Shown here piece after piece: positions 20,148 through 29,338 of a stretch of 64,000 nt of DNA; positions within the stretch are counted from its first letter, which is position 1; every line of letters begins with the position of its first letter. Source of the stretch: an uncultured Candidatus Saccharibacteria bacterium (GTDB taxonomy: Bacteria > Patescibacteriota > Minisyncoccia > Phycocordibacterales > UBA12088); assembly GCA_964409035.1 (NCBI GenBank), contig CAYPBQ010000002.1, forward strand, positions 83,267-147,266, given 5' to 3'. A model generated the notes under the pieces. The model saw only the letters and a list, made by a program, of their open reading frames with translations. It had not been told where the DNA came from and made no database searches. The position numbers and the translations under genes were made by a program.

Positions 20148-21371
20148 CTAAATACCTTCGGTAACCGAATATATCGGTGTGATCATTGATACCGCAAAAA
20201 ATCCAACAACAGCTCCCACGATAACCATCAAAAATGGTTCGATAATCGTGGACATGTCTTTTGTTTTTTGCTCAACCTCAAGCTCGTAAAACTCTGCGAC
20301 ACGCAAAAGAAGTTCAGGAAGTTTCCCAGTCTCCTCACCTACAGCAATAAGCTCGCCAACGAGTGTTGGATACAAATCTTCATGCACATGAAATACATCT
20401 GCGAGTGGATTACCTTTCTGGATTTTTTCTTTTGCTTCAACAAGCACCGCTCGATAGTATGAATGCTGTACCACATCAGCGGTAATCTCTAGTGAGTGCA
20501 CAACATCAACTCCAGCAGACAACAATGATGAGAGGGTGCGAGCAGTACGTGCAGAGTTGGTTTCCTTAACAAGCTCTTTTATGATTGGCATCTTGAGTAA
20601 TACCGTTTCAAATATTCTTCTGCCGATGCTGGTTTTAAGTCCGTAATAAAATCCTGCTATAACTCCGATGCATAGAATGATTGCGGCAACTGTTTGCTCT
20701 TGCATAAAATTACTTGCGCCGATAATCATCTTTGTTGATGCTGGAAGCTCTACTCCAAGCTCGGTAAATGTCTGACTGAGGGTAGGTACCACAAAGACCA
20801 AAAGGAGTGCGCCGATAACGACAAGTGCTGCCATAATGATTCCGGGATAAATGAGTGCTCCTTTGATTTTCTTTTTTAGTCGATAGGTCTGATCCATCTG
20901 CTCACCTACCACAAGCAGTGAGTTAGATAGCCCACCACTCTCTTCACCTGCGCGCACCATAGAAATAACCAGTGATGAAAATACTTTTGGATGTTTTGCT
21001 AGCGCTTCATTAAAAGTAATTCCCTTCTCTATTGATGCCACCAGATCAAGGAGTACTGTCTTGAATCCCGGCTTCTTTGTTTGCCGTTCCATCACCTGAA
21101 GTGCTCGCGAGAGGGAGAGCCCTGCTGAGAGCATGGCGGAAAGATTTTTGGCAAAGTTAATTTTGTCCGTCTCTTTTATTCTTCCAAAGAAACTACTGAT
21201 AATAGGTATCTGGATATTTATAGAACTTCCACCCTTTGTTTCTTCAAAAGAAACCACCGTCGCGTTTTCTTTGCGTATATGTTGGTACAGCTCAAATCTA
21301 TCTGTCGCCTCAAGCGTACCTTCGTACTCTTCTCCTGTATCTCGTTTAGCTTTGTATACAAATGTTGGCAT
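20148..21371 (-). CDS. pilC: Type IV pilus platform protein PilC / GspF family
   Basis: MLSAGLSL, AGEESGGL, ALIYP, VGEETGKL, IEPFL. Confidence 0.93.
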   Translation of the reverse strand: MPTFVYKAKRDTGEEYEGTLEATDRFELYQHIRKENATVVSFEETKGGSSINIQIPIISSFFGRIKETDKINFAKNLSAMLSAGLSLSRALQVMERQTKKPGFKTVLLDLVASIEKGITFNEALAKHPKVFSSLVISMVRAGEESGGLSNSLLVVGEQMDQTYRLKKKIKGALIYPGIIMAALVVIGALLLVFVVPTLSQTFTELGVELPASTKMIIGASNFMQEQTVAAIILCIGVIAGFYYGLKTSIGRRIFETVLLKMPIIKELVKETNSARTARTLSSLLSAGVDVVHSLEITADVVQHSYYRAVLVEAKEKIQKGNPLADVFHVHEDLYPTLVGELIAVGEETGKLPELLLRVAEFYELEVEQKTKDMSTIIEPFLMVIVGAVVGFFAVSMITPIYSVTEGI

Positions 21372-21612
21372 GGTGTGTACTTATGTCCGCGGCAACAAGC
21401 ATCTATTTATACCGAACAGCAGTACTTCAATGATACCACTCATCTCTCATTTATTTTGAAAGTTAATCAACAGTACAAGCTCTCAATGCGACACACAAAA
21501 ACCTTTCGATTTATCAAAAGGTTTTTGTGTGGGGTATTTGTATAAAAAGAAAATCACTCGAAAGAGTGATGCGTTACTGTACGAGTGTGATTTAACTGAG
21601 TACAAAAACAAA

Positions 21613-21636
21613 AGAGGGCTCGCGAACGAGCCCTCT
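21613..21636 (-). terminator. Intrinsic terminator between pilB and pilC
   Basis: - strand AGAGGGCTCG-TTCG-CGAGCCCTCT followed by TTTGTTTTT. Confidence 0.7.
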
Positions 21637-21773
21637 GCATGAGAGGTTTGGACCCTCTCATGCTAATTACTACTTGCTGTGCCCTTCATACAAGAGATGC
21701 ACAGCATGATCAATGGTAAAACTAGACACATCGCCTAACAGGGGTGTGAGTCCACTAAAATAATTACTACTTA

Positions 21774-23525
21774 TTACTCACTAATTACACGAAGCACTTC
21801 TTCTATTGAGGTAATACCTTGCGCAGATTTGAATATGCCGTCTTCTAGCATGGTAAGCATGCCTTCTGTTCTTGCTTGCTGTTCAATATGGTCTGCGTCC
21901 TTACCTTCCATTATTAGGTCGCGAATTTTTGACGACATAGAAAGTATTTCGTGTATGCCGATACGCCCTTTATACGCGTCTTCTTCTTTACCTTTTTTAG
22001 GTCTAAAAAATGGAACTTTATCAAGTGTGGTGATCTTTTTATCTACTATCCCCTCTTCATGTAGCGCTTTCATCACGCGCTCAATATTTGCATGTACAGC
22101 AAGATTATCTACTTCTGCTTTGGTGAGATTGTACTCTTCTTTTTCTTTTGTAAACTTTCTTACCAATCGCTGGGCAATAACAACATCAAGGGTAGACACG
22201 AGGAGAAATGCTTCTGCACCCATTTCGATAAGACGAGGGATAGCGCCAGCAGCAGAGTTGGTGTGGAGCGTGGAGAGAACAAGGTGCCCCGTGAGTGCTG
22301 CATTAACAGCAAGACTTGCAGTTTCGCCATCACGAATCTCTCCCACCATGATAATGTCTGGGTCTTGGCGAACAAGTGAGCGCAGACCTTCGGAGAAGGT
22401 AAAGCCGATTTGTGGTTTTACCTGTGTCTGATTTACCCGTTGCATTTGATATTCGATAGGGTCTTCTATGGTTGAGATATTTACCTCTGGGGTATTTACA
22501 ATATCTAAAATAGTATAGAGCGTGGTTGTTTTACCTGAACCTGTTGGACCAGTAGTAAGAATCATGCCCACCGTACGGCGAGTTGCCTCGTGAATCTTTT
22601 CTAATCCATTACCATGGAAGCCAAGTGACTCAAGAGTGTAGCCTCCACCTCCCTCTCGCAACAATCGCATCACTGTTTTTTCACCGTAGTACACCGGCAA
22701 CACTGATACACGGAATGATACCTTTTCGTCATCTATCTTCATTTTAAAACGACCATCTTGTGGGAGACGCTTTTCATCAAGCTTTAAATTGGAAAGTACT
22801 TTTATGCGCGCCGTAATGGAAGGTCCTGCACTTTTAGGAAGTGACATTGCGTCATGGAGTATGCCGTCAATTCTATAGCGAACAAGTACTGTCTCTTCCA
22901 TTGGCTCTACGTGTATGTCAGATGCGTTTTGCAAAATTGCATGCTTTAAGAGCGCATTAACAATGCGTACCACAGGAAGATCTTCAGCGAGCTTTTTTAA
23001 ATCGGTACCAGAAACTTCCTCGCCTGAATTTTCAGATACTACCGCAAGTGTTTCTGATTCTCGTTTTATGATATCGCCAAACTCATCCTTGAGTGTTTTT
23101 TGATACTGCAGTAGCGCATCCTTGATTGAATTTACATCGGTAAGGCGAGGTAAAATCTTGAGTCCTGTCTTCTTTTTTATGAATTCAATAGAGCGTAGAT
23201 CATCTGTATCAAGCATGGCAACCTCAAGCTCCTTGTCCTGCTTTTTAAACGCGACAATATTGTTGGTGCGCGCAATAGGCTCTGGAATTAATGATAGAGT
23301 ATCAAAATCTATATGCTTCCCTTTTAATGAAATAAACGGGATACCAAGTATGTATGCCTGTACCCGGCGCAAATCATCCTCAGAAAGGTGCCCATCACTT
23401 AATAAAATGTCCCCTAGTTTTTTCTTTGTTGCTTTTGCTTTAATCAATGAATCCTCAACCACCTGCTTGGGCACAAGACCAGAATCAAGTACGAATTCTT
23501 TTAGTTGTATTTGATCTACTACCAT
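21774..23525 (-). CDS. pilB: Type IV pilus assembly ATPase PilB / GspE
   Basis: ASDIHVEP, RLPQDGR, GPTGSGKTTT, IEDPIE, RQDPDIIMVGEIRD, TGHLVLSTLH. Confidence 0.96.
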   Translation of the reverse strand: MVVDQIQLKEFVLDSGLVPKQVVEDSLIKAKATKKKLGDILLSDGHLSEDDLRRVQAYILGIPFISLKGKHIDFDTLSLIPEPIARTNNIVAFKKQDKELEVAMLDTDDLRSIEFIKKKTGLKILPRLTDVNSIKDALLQYQKTLKDEFGDIIKRESETLAVVSENSGEEVSGTDLKKLAEDLPVVRIVNALLKHAILQNASDIHVEPMEETVLVRYRIDGILHDAMSLPKSAGPSITARIKVLSNLKLDEKRLPQDGRFKMKIDDEKVSFRVSVLPVYYGEKTVMRLLREGGGGYTLESLGFHGNGLEKIHEATRRTVGMILTTGPTGSGKTTTLYTILDIVNTPEVNISTIEDPIEYQMQRVNQTQVKPQIGFTFSEGLRSLVRQDPDIIMVGEIRDGETASLAVNAALTGHLVLSTLHTNSAAGAIPRLIEMGAEAFLLVSTLDVVIAQRLVRKFTKEKEEYNLTKAEVDNLAVHANIERVMKALHEEGIVDKKITTLDKVPFFRPKKGKEEDAYKGRIGIHEILSMSSKIRDLIMEGKDADHIEQQARTEGMLTMLEDGIFKSAQGITSIEEVLRVISE

Positions 23526-23661
23526 TATAAGTAGTATACCGCATACACGCGGTTACTTTAGGCACTTCTCAACATGCGACATAGGTACACAGTGTTTACC
23601 GTTACAAAAGAAACAGCACGCAGAGTATTGCGTGCTGTTTGGTGAAGGAGTCTTCACATGA

Positions 23662-23781
23662 CTAATTATTTTTTCTCCATCTCTTTTTAAATTTCGCTTT
23701 TCGTAACTCCTTTTCGATTCTTTCTTTTTGTCTTTTTTCACTTTCTTCTTGCTCTTTTCTTTGCTTTGGAGTTTTCTTCAT
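23662..23781 (-). CDS. Small Lys/Arg/Glu-rich orphan peptide (39 aa)
   Basis: MKKTPKQRKEQEESEKRQKERIEKELRKAKFKKRWRKNN; GGAG SD; TTGACT promoter near 23878. Confidence 0.45.
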   Translation of the reverse strand: MKKTPKQRKEQEESEKRQKERIEKELRKAKFKKRWRKNN

Positions 23782-23924
23782 GACCGTCTCCAACCGGCCT
23801 ACGTGCCGGCAACGTCCGCACCACTGGCGGATGAAACAACACTACGTGTATTATTACATGAAAATATTGATTAGTCAATAGCTTACTTGACAGTTTTTAG
23901 TCAGATGCTAGTATTATCGCATCA

Positions 23925-23952
23925 GAAACGCCCCATTGGGGCGATTCTTTTT
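23925..23952 (+). promoter_or_regulatory. nusA leader hairpin (candidate NusA-sensitive attenuator)
   Basis: TTGACA(23887)...TAGTAT promoter, then CGCCCC-ATT-GGGGCG hairpin with imperfect U-tract ATTCTTTTT; resembles rimP-nusA leader autoregulation. Confidence 0.5.
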
Positions 23953-24055
23953 GCCCGAATAATAGTTATATAGTACTTATTCATACATACTATATATAAT
24001 AGAAGGGTATGATGTGTATACGGGTATTTAGAAGACAATTGAATAACAACTACAT

Positions 24056-25222
24056 ATGGCGCTATTTGATCTAAAAGTAATTAATTCAGTCCTTGACCAG
24101 CTCGAAGAAGAGCGTGGTATTCCTCGTGCAAAAACCCTTGATGCAATCGAGCAAGCACTTGCTACTGCTTATAAAAAGGAGTACGGAAAGCGCTCACAGA
24201 TTGTACGAGCAAAATTTAATCCAGAAACTGGGGATGTTACCTTTTCCCAAGTAAAGATAGTGGTAGACCCGTCGCAGGTACGCATGGAAAGCGACGAACC
24301 AGTTGATAAGGATGATGACCGTATTCGCTACAACCCAGAACAGCATATATTTATTGACGATGCTCGCAGAATGAAAAAGGATACCGAGCTAGACGAAGAA
24401 ATAGTATTCCCTCTTGAAGAGAAGGGTGACTACGGACGAATCGCCGCACAAACCGCAAAACAAGTAATTATTCAGAAAATACGAGAGGCGGAAAAGACCT
24501 CAGTATTTGAGGAATACGGCCAAAAGCAAGGAGAAATAGTGTCCGGTACAGTACAGAGAATAGAACGGGGTAATATCTACATTGATCTTGGTAGAACTAC
24601 CGGCATCCTCCCATACGAAGAACAAATACCTGGTGAACGTTTTCGCCAGGGCGAGCGTGTGCGAGCGTACCTGTACTCTGTTGATGAGGGACACCGTGGT
24701 GTGTTTTTGCGACTTTCCAGATCACATCCTAAGTTTCTTGCAAAGCTTTTTGAAATGGAAACTCCTGAATTACAGCACAAAACCGTGGAAATTAAGGCAA
24801 TCGCACGTGAACCGGGTAGCAGATCTAAAATTGCTGTTACCTCATATGATGATCACATTGACCCAGTAGGATCGCTTGTAGGTCAACGTGGCGTACGCGT
24901 AACCACTGTAATGGGTGAACTAGGTGGCGAAAAGATAGACATCATTGCCTGGGATGCTAATCCTACAACATTTATCGAGGAAGCCCTCTCTCCTGCAAAA
25001 ATACTCAATATAGAGATTAATGAAACAACAAGGACTGCCTTTGTTGAAGTATCTGAGGATCAGCAATCTCTAGCAATTGGAAAAGCGGGGCAAAACGTCC
25101 GTCTTGCGGCTAAACTAACTGGTTGGAAAATTGATATTCACTCAGTAGGTACACCAGAAAGTACAGATTCTGCGGATGAAACTGCGGATACGCCACTTTC
25201 TACGGAAACAGAAACGGAGTAA
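24056..25222 (+). CDS. nusA: Transcription elongation factor NusA
   Basis: GRIAAQTAKQVI, S1 domain, AREPGSRSKIAV, SLAIGKAGQNVRLAAKLTGWKIDI. Confidence 0.98.
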   Translation: MALFDLKVINSVLDQLEEERGIPRAKTLDAIEQALATAYKKEYGKRSQIVRAKFNPETGDVTFSQVKIVVDPSQVRMESDEPVDKDDDRIRYNPEQHIFIDDARRMKKDTELDEEIVFPLEEKGDYGRIAAQTAKQVIIQKIREAEKTSVFEEYGQKQGEIVSGTVQRIERGNIYIDLGRTTGILPYEEQIPGERFRQGERVRAYLYSVDEGHRGVFLRLSRSHPKFLAKLFEMETPELQHKTVEIKAIAREPGSRSKIAVTSYDDHIDPVGSLVGQRGVRVTTVMGELGGEKIDIIAWDANPTTFIEEALSPAKILNIEINETTRTAFVEVSEDQQSLAIGKAGQNVRLAAKLTGWKIDIHSVGTPESTDSADETADTPLSTETETE

Positions 25223-25256
25223 AGTAACGCTGTTAGCACTAACCATACAACAGTCT

Positions 25257-25778
25257 ATGAATCTACTTCATGACATTGAACCAGGGACCCGTGATGAAAT
25301 GAATGTCATCATAGAAATTCCACGCGGTTCTAAAAATAAGTACGAAATAGATAAGGCCACAGGTCTTATTGCCCTTGATAGAGCCATGCACACTTCGCAG
25401 GACTATCCATTTGATTATGGCTTCATTCCGCGCACTCTATGGGACGATGGTGACGCACTCGACGTGCTTGTCCTTACCACCTACCCATTAGCTCCAGGCA
25501 TTCTTGTACGAGTACGCCCAGTAGCTGTAATGGATATGATTGATGGAGGTGAAAGTGACAATAAAGTGATTGCGGTACCAACCGACGATCCGCGGTGGAA
25601 TGAAGTGAAAGACCTAGGAGACATCAATAAACACACCATAAAAGAGATCGAGCACTTCTTCTCTACCTACAAAAAAATTCAAAATAAGGAGGTTGCAGTA
25701 AATGGATTTAGAGGAGCTGAAGACGCAAAAAAAGACTACGACAAGGCGATAGCTCAGTACCAAGCAAAGAAGGCATAG
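25257..25778 (+). CDS. ppa: Inorganic pyrophosphatase (family I)
   Basis: IEIPRGSKNKYE, YPFDYGFIP, DDGDALD, HFFSTYK. Confidence 0.96.
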   Translation: MNLLHDIEPGTRDEMNVIIEIPRGSKNKYEIDKATGLIALDRAMHTSQDYPFDYGFIPRTLWDDGDALDVLVLTTYPLAPGILVRVRPVAVMDMIDGGESDNKVIAVPTDDPRWNEVKDLGDINKHTIKEIEHFFSTYKKIQNKEVAVNGFRGAEDAKKDYDKAIAQYQAKKA

Positions 25779-25802
25779 TCTCGCTACACAACATATAGCA
25801 AT

Positions 25803-25836
25803 AGAATAATCCCCACCAACTGGTGGGGATTATTCT
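25803..25836. terminator. Hairpin terminator after ppa
   Basis: AGAATAATCCCCACCA-AC-TGGTGGGGATTATTCT. Confidence 0.7.
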
Positions 25837-25942
25837 ATCCACACAAGAAAACTCTCCTATCACACTTTTGTTGGTATACTTATCGCAAGTATACGGCTTG
25901 TGCTTGGTACTTGTTATTATCATTTATTTAATAAAAGAACAT

Positions 25943-26794
25943 ATGCGTAGTTATCTTTTAGTACTACTTCTCGCATTTGTGGTCACCCTAGGTGGTGTGC
26001 CGGTACACGCGGAAGAATCAACCACAACAGGAGCTTCTAGCACATCTACAAAAGATCGCTTTAATGCGGTACGCGAACAAAGTTCAGCAAAACTTGAGGA
26101 GGCACGTGCGCAAGCTGAAGCAAAGAAGGCAGAGCTTCAGAAGTCACTTGAAGCAAAAAAGGCTGAGATGGTAAAAAAAGCAGAAGAAAAAAAGGCCGAG
26201 GTGAAGGCGATGATTGATACCAAAAAGGCATCAACTACTGAGCGGATGGAACAGCGAAAGGCCTCAACAACACAACGTATTGAGGACAGAAAGGCATCTT
26301 CAAGTGCCAGAGTGGACGAAATGAAGAAAAAACAAGAAGAGCGAAAGGCAGAACTTGAGGCAAAGGCAAAAGAAAGAGTGACTGAATACTCTGAAAAGGT
26401 CACAGAGAGACTTCTTGCTGCTGTAACACGACTTGATGATATTACCGTGCGTGTAGAGACTCGTATTGCCAAGCTACTTGAACAACACGCAGCAGCAGGG
26501 CTAAAGCTAGACACAGCAACAGCAAAGCTAACTGAAGCTAAGTCAGCTATTAACGCAGCAGAAACAAGCGCAGGAACAATAATGGCAAGCGTTGAAGCCG
26601 CCCTAGCAACTGAAGATCCAAAGAAAGCAATCGAGGAAGTAAAAAAAGAAATAAAGAATATTATCGAGCAAATCAAGGATGCACACGAATTGTTGCGTGA
26701 TGCAGTAAAAGAAATTAACAAGGCGGTGACTGCGTTCAACAAAACACGAAAGACCACTACCCCAACAAACACCGCGACAAGTACCACTAATTAA
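25943..26794 (+). CDS. Secreted coiled-coil protein with KASTT repeats
   Basis: Signal peptide (VHA|EE), long E/K/A-rich helices, repeated (K/R)KAS(T/S)(T/S) units. Confidence 0.75.
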   Translation: MRSYLLVLLLAFVVTLGGVPVHAEESTTTGASSTSTKDRFNAVREQSSAKLEEARAQAEAKKAELQKSLEAKKAEMVKKAEEKKAEVKAMIDTKKASTTERMEQRKASTTQRIEDRKASSSARVDEMKKKQEERKAELEAKAKERVTEYSEKVTERLLAAVTRLDDITVRVETRIAKLLEQHAAAGLKLDTATAKLTEAKSAINAAETSAGTIMASVEAALATEDPKKAIEEVKKEIKNIIEQIKDAHELLRDAVKEINKAVTAFNKTRKTTTPTNTATSTTN

Positions 26795-26820
26795 TAGCAG
26801 TAATAGATTAACCACGTACT

Positions 26821-27183
26821 ATGGACGAACAACAAAACAACATGGGTACCGTACCGCCGGTTGCTCCTATGCAGAACCAAGCACCAGCACAGGCGCCTGT
26901 AACGCATCATGGATCAATGGGTCCAGTTATTGGGGCAATAATCGTTATTGCTATTCTTGCGGTAGGAGGTCTCTACTACTGGGGGGCAGAACTCAGAAAA
27001 ACTGAAATGAACCTATCTAACGATCAAGAGTATGCGCCAGTTGAAGCGGATGAATCTGCACCAACAGCACAAGAACTGCTTGAACTTAGCACTTCAGATG
27101 AAATTTCAGATATTCAAAGTGATATCGAAGCATCAAATTTCGATGCGTTGGACGCTGAGCTCAGTGGTGATCTAAATCTCTAG
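26821..27183 (+). CDS. Hypothetical single-TM protein with acidic C-terminus
   Basis: Pro/Gln-rich N-terminus, GPVIGAIIVIAIL...GLYYWG TM, SDEISDI. Confidence 0.75.
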   Translation: MDEQQNNMGTVPPVAPMQNQAPAQAPVTHHGSMGPVIGAIIVIAILAVGGLYYWGAELRKTEMNLSNDQEYAPVEADESAPTAQELLELSTSDEISDIQSDIEASNFDALDAELSGDLNL

Positions 27184-27256
27184 AGTAATCCCTTGTTGCT
27201 ACATAAAACACGCCAGCACTAGATTGTGCGGGCGTGTTTTGTTATAGTCCATCAAT

Positions 27257-28417
27257 ATGACAGAAAAACAATACGAAGATATAGTAATAACACCAAAAGA
27301 GCACTCCGAGGTAGAAATCACCGGGGCGCTTACCGCACCCTCGATAGAGAAAAAGAAGCCTGAGGTACTCAAAAAAATTGCTAGCAAACTAACTATTGAT
27401 GGTTTTAGAGAGGGACACGTACCAGAGGCGGTGGCACTAAAACACGTTGGAGAAATGAAACTACTTGAAGAGGTGGCATTATCAATGCTTGAAAAAGCAT
27501 ACCCAGAAATTGTACTTTCAAACAATCTTGAGGTCATAGGTAGACCTGAGGTAGCCATAACCAAAATAGCTCCAGGAAATCCAATCGAATTTAGAATTCG
27601 AACTGCGGTGATACCGACCGTTACGCTTCCAGACTATGAAACAATTGCTAAAGATATGCGTGCAGAGTGGGAAAAAAGCACTGTCACATTGTCTGATGAA
27701 GAATTTGAATCAGTACTTACTGATATTCGTAAGCGACATGCCCTACTAAAAAAGAAAGAATTGGATAGCGAGAGCACTGCGACCATTGATGATATAAAAA
27801 CCGAGGATTTGGTTACCCTCACCGATGAGATGGTGGGAGAATTTGGTGAATTTACATCCGTGGGAGACTTTCATGCAAAGCTAAGAACCGACCTAGAGCG
27901 AGATAAGCAATTTAAAGAAAAAGAGAAACAGCGAGCTGCTATAGCCGATGCGATTGCAGAAAAGACAGTAGTCGATGTCCCTAAAATATTTGTCGAAAGT
28001 GAGCTTGATAAAATGCTTACCGACATGAATGCGCACCTTTCAAGAATGAATGTTTCTCTCGAAGATTATCTATCACACACCGGAAAAACAAAAGAAACCA
28101 TAAAGGAGGAGTGGCGAGGAGAAGCAACCAAGCGTGCAACCCTTCAATTAGCTCTTTCTACTATCGCAAAGAAAGAGGGTCTAGTTCCACAAAGTGAACG
28201 AGTACACAAGGAAGTCTCTCACTTACTGATTCACTACCCTGACGCAAACCCTGAAGCGCTAGAGAGCTATGTCAGCACCCTTATGATGAACGATATGGTG
28301 TTTACCTACCTTGAAACCGGGGTTAAGCCAGCCGAACCAAGTCCAATCCATGATCACGACCATGATGATCACCATGATCATGATGATGAGGATGATACTC
28401 ACCACACAGAGCAATAG
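27257..28417 (+). CDS. tig: Trigger factor (PPIase domain absent, His/Asp-rich tail)
   Basis: IDGFREGHVP ribosome-binding motif, C-terminal chaperone domain; upstream of clpP. Confidence 0.9.
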   Translation: MTEKQYEDIVITPKEHSEVEITGALTAPSIEKKKPEVLKKIASKLTIDGFREGHVPEAVALKHVGEMKLLEEVALSMLEKAYPEIVLSNNLEVIGRPEVAITKIAPGNPIEFRIRTAVIPTVTLPDYETIAKDMRAEWEKSTVTLSDEEFESVLTDIRKRHALLKKKELDSESTATIDDIKTEDLVTLTDEMVGEFGEFTSVGDFHAKLRTDLERDKQFKEKEKQRAAIADAIAEKTVVDVPKIFVESELDKMLTDMNAHLSRMNVSLEDYLSHTGKTKETIKEEWRGEATKRATLQLALSTIAKKEGLVPQSERVHKEVSHLLIHYPDANPEALESYVSTLMMNDMVFTYLETGVKPAEPSPIHDHDHDDHHDHDDEDDTHHTEQ

Positions 28418-28482
28418 GCTATCGCTGCAACAATATTGCGTCAGCGCACACATTTGTTAGTATTGGCATATAAACAACATCT

Positions 28483-29070
28483 ATGAGCTACTTAGTACCA
28501 ACAGTAATAGAGAAAAGCACTCACGGCGAACGAGCATATGATATATACTCACGCTTACTTAAAGAGCGCATTATATTTTTAGGTGGACCAATTGATGACA
28601 CCGGAGCCAACCTCATCATTGCACAGCTACTCTTTCTAGAAAGCGAGGATCCAAAGAAAGATATTTCGTTGTATGTAAACTCGCCAGGAGGTCATGTTGA
28701 CGCTGGGTTGGCTATTATAGACACCATGAACCACGTAAAGCCAGATGTATCAACGGTATGCGTGGGTATGGCAGCTTCTATGGGCTCAATGATTCTTACG
28801 AGTGGCGCAAAGGGTAAGCGATTTATTCTCCCTAATGCAGAGGTAATGATTCACCAGCCATGGGGTGGTATACAGGGTCAGGCATCAGATATAGAAATAA
28901 CAGCTCGACATATCCTCAAACTACGAGATCGCCTCAATAAAATGCTTGCTAAAACAACAGGCCAAAAACTTGAACAAATTGAAAAAGACGTAGATAGAGA
29001 CTTTTTCATGGATGCCGAAGAAGCAAGAAAGTACGGCATTGTGGATGAGGTGCTTAAGGTTAAGAAATAA
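28483..29070 (+). CDS. clpP: ATP-dependent Clp protease proteolytic subunit
   Basis: [32 protein letters not shown]. Confidence 0.98.
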   Translation: MSYLVPTVIEKSTHGERAYDIYSRLLKERIIFLGGPIDDTGANLIIAQLLFLESEDPKKDISLYVNSPGGHVDAGLAIIDTMNHVKPDVSTVCVGMAASMGSMILTSGAKGKRFILPNAEVMIHQPWGGIQGQASDIEITARHILKLRDRLNKMLAKTTGQKLEQIEKDVDRDFFMDAEEARKYGIVDEVLKVKK

Positions 29071-29338
29071 TCTTGTATATTCGTGATAGCAAAAACAGCA
29101 TGGTTACACCATGCTGTTTTGCGCTTCCTAGAACTTCTGGTACTGTGGACGTATACCTACAATACACGATAGGAACATTATTCACTTAGTACCAAAGGAA
29201 TTTCTTCAAAAGTACGTATGTATCTCTCAATAGAAACTGAAAAAAAACATTCTTCAAGCCATTTTTCCTGTTTTTCAGGCACATCAAGATAGTCTCTAGG
29301 GATACTCGCTCCTTTTGCGGAAGCTCTTTTACCGCAAT

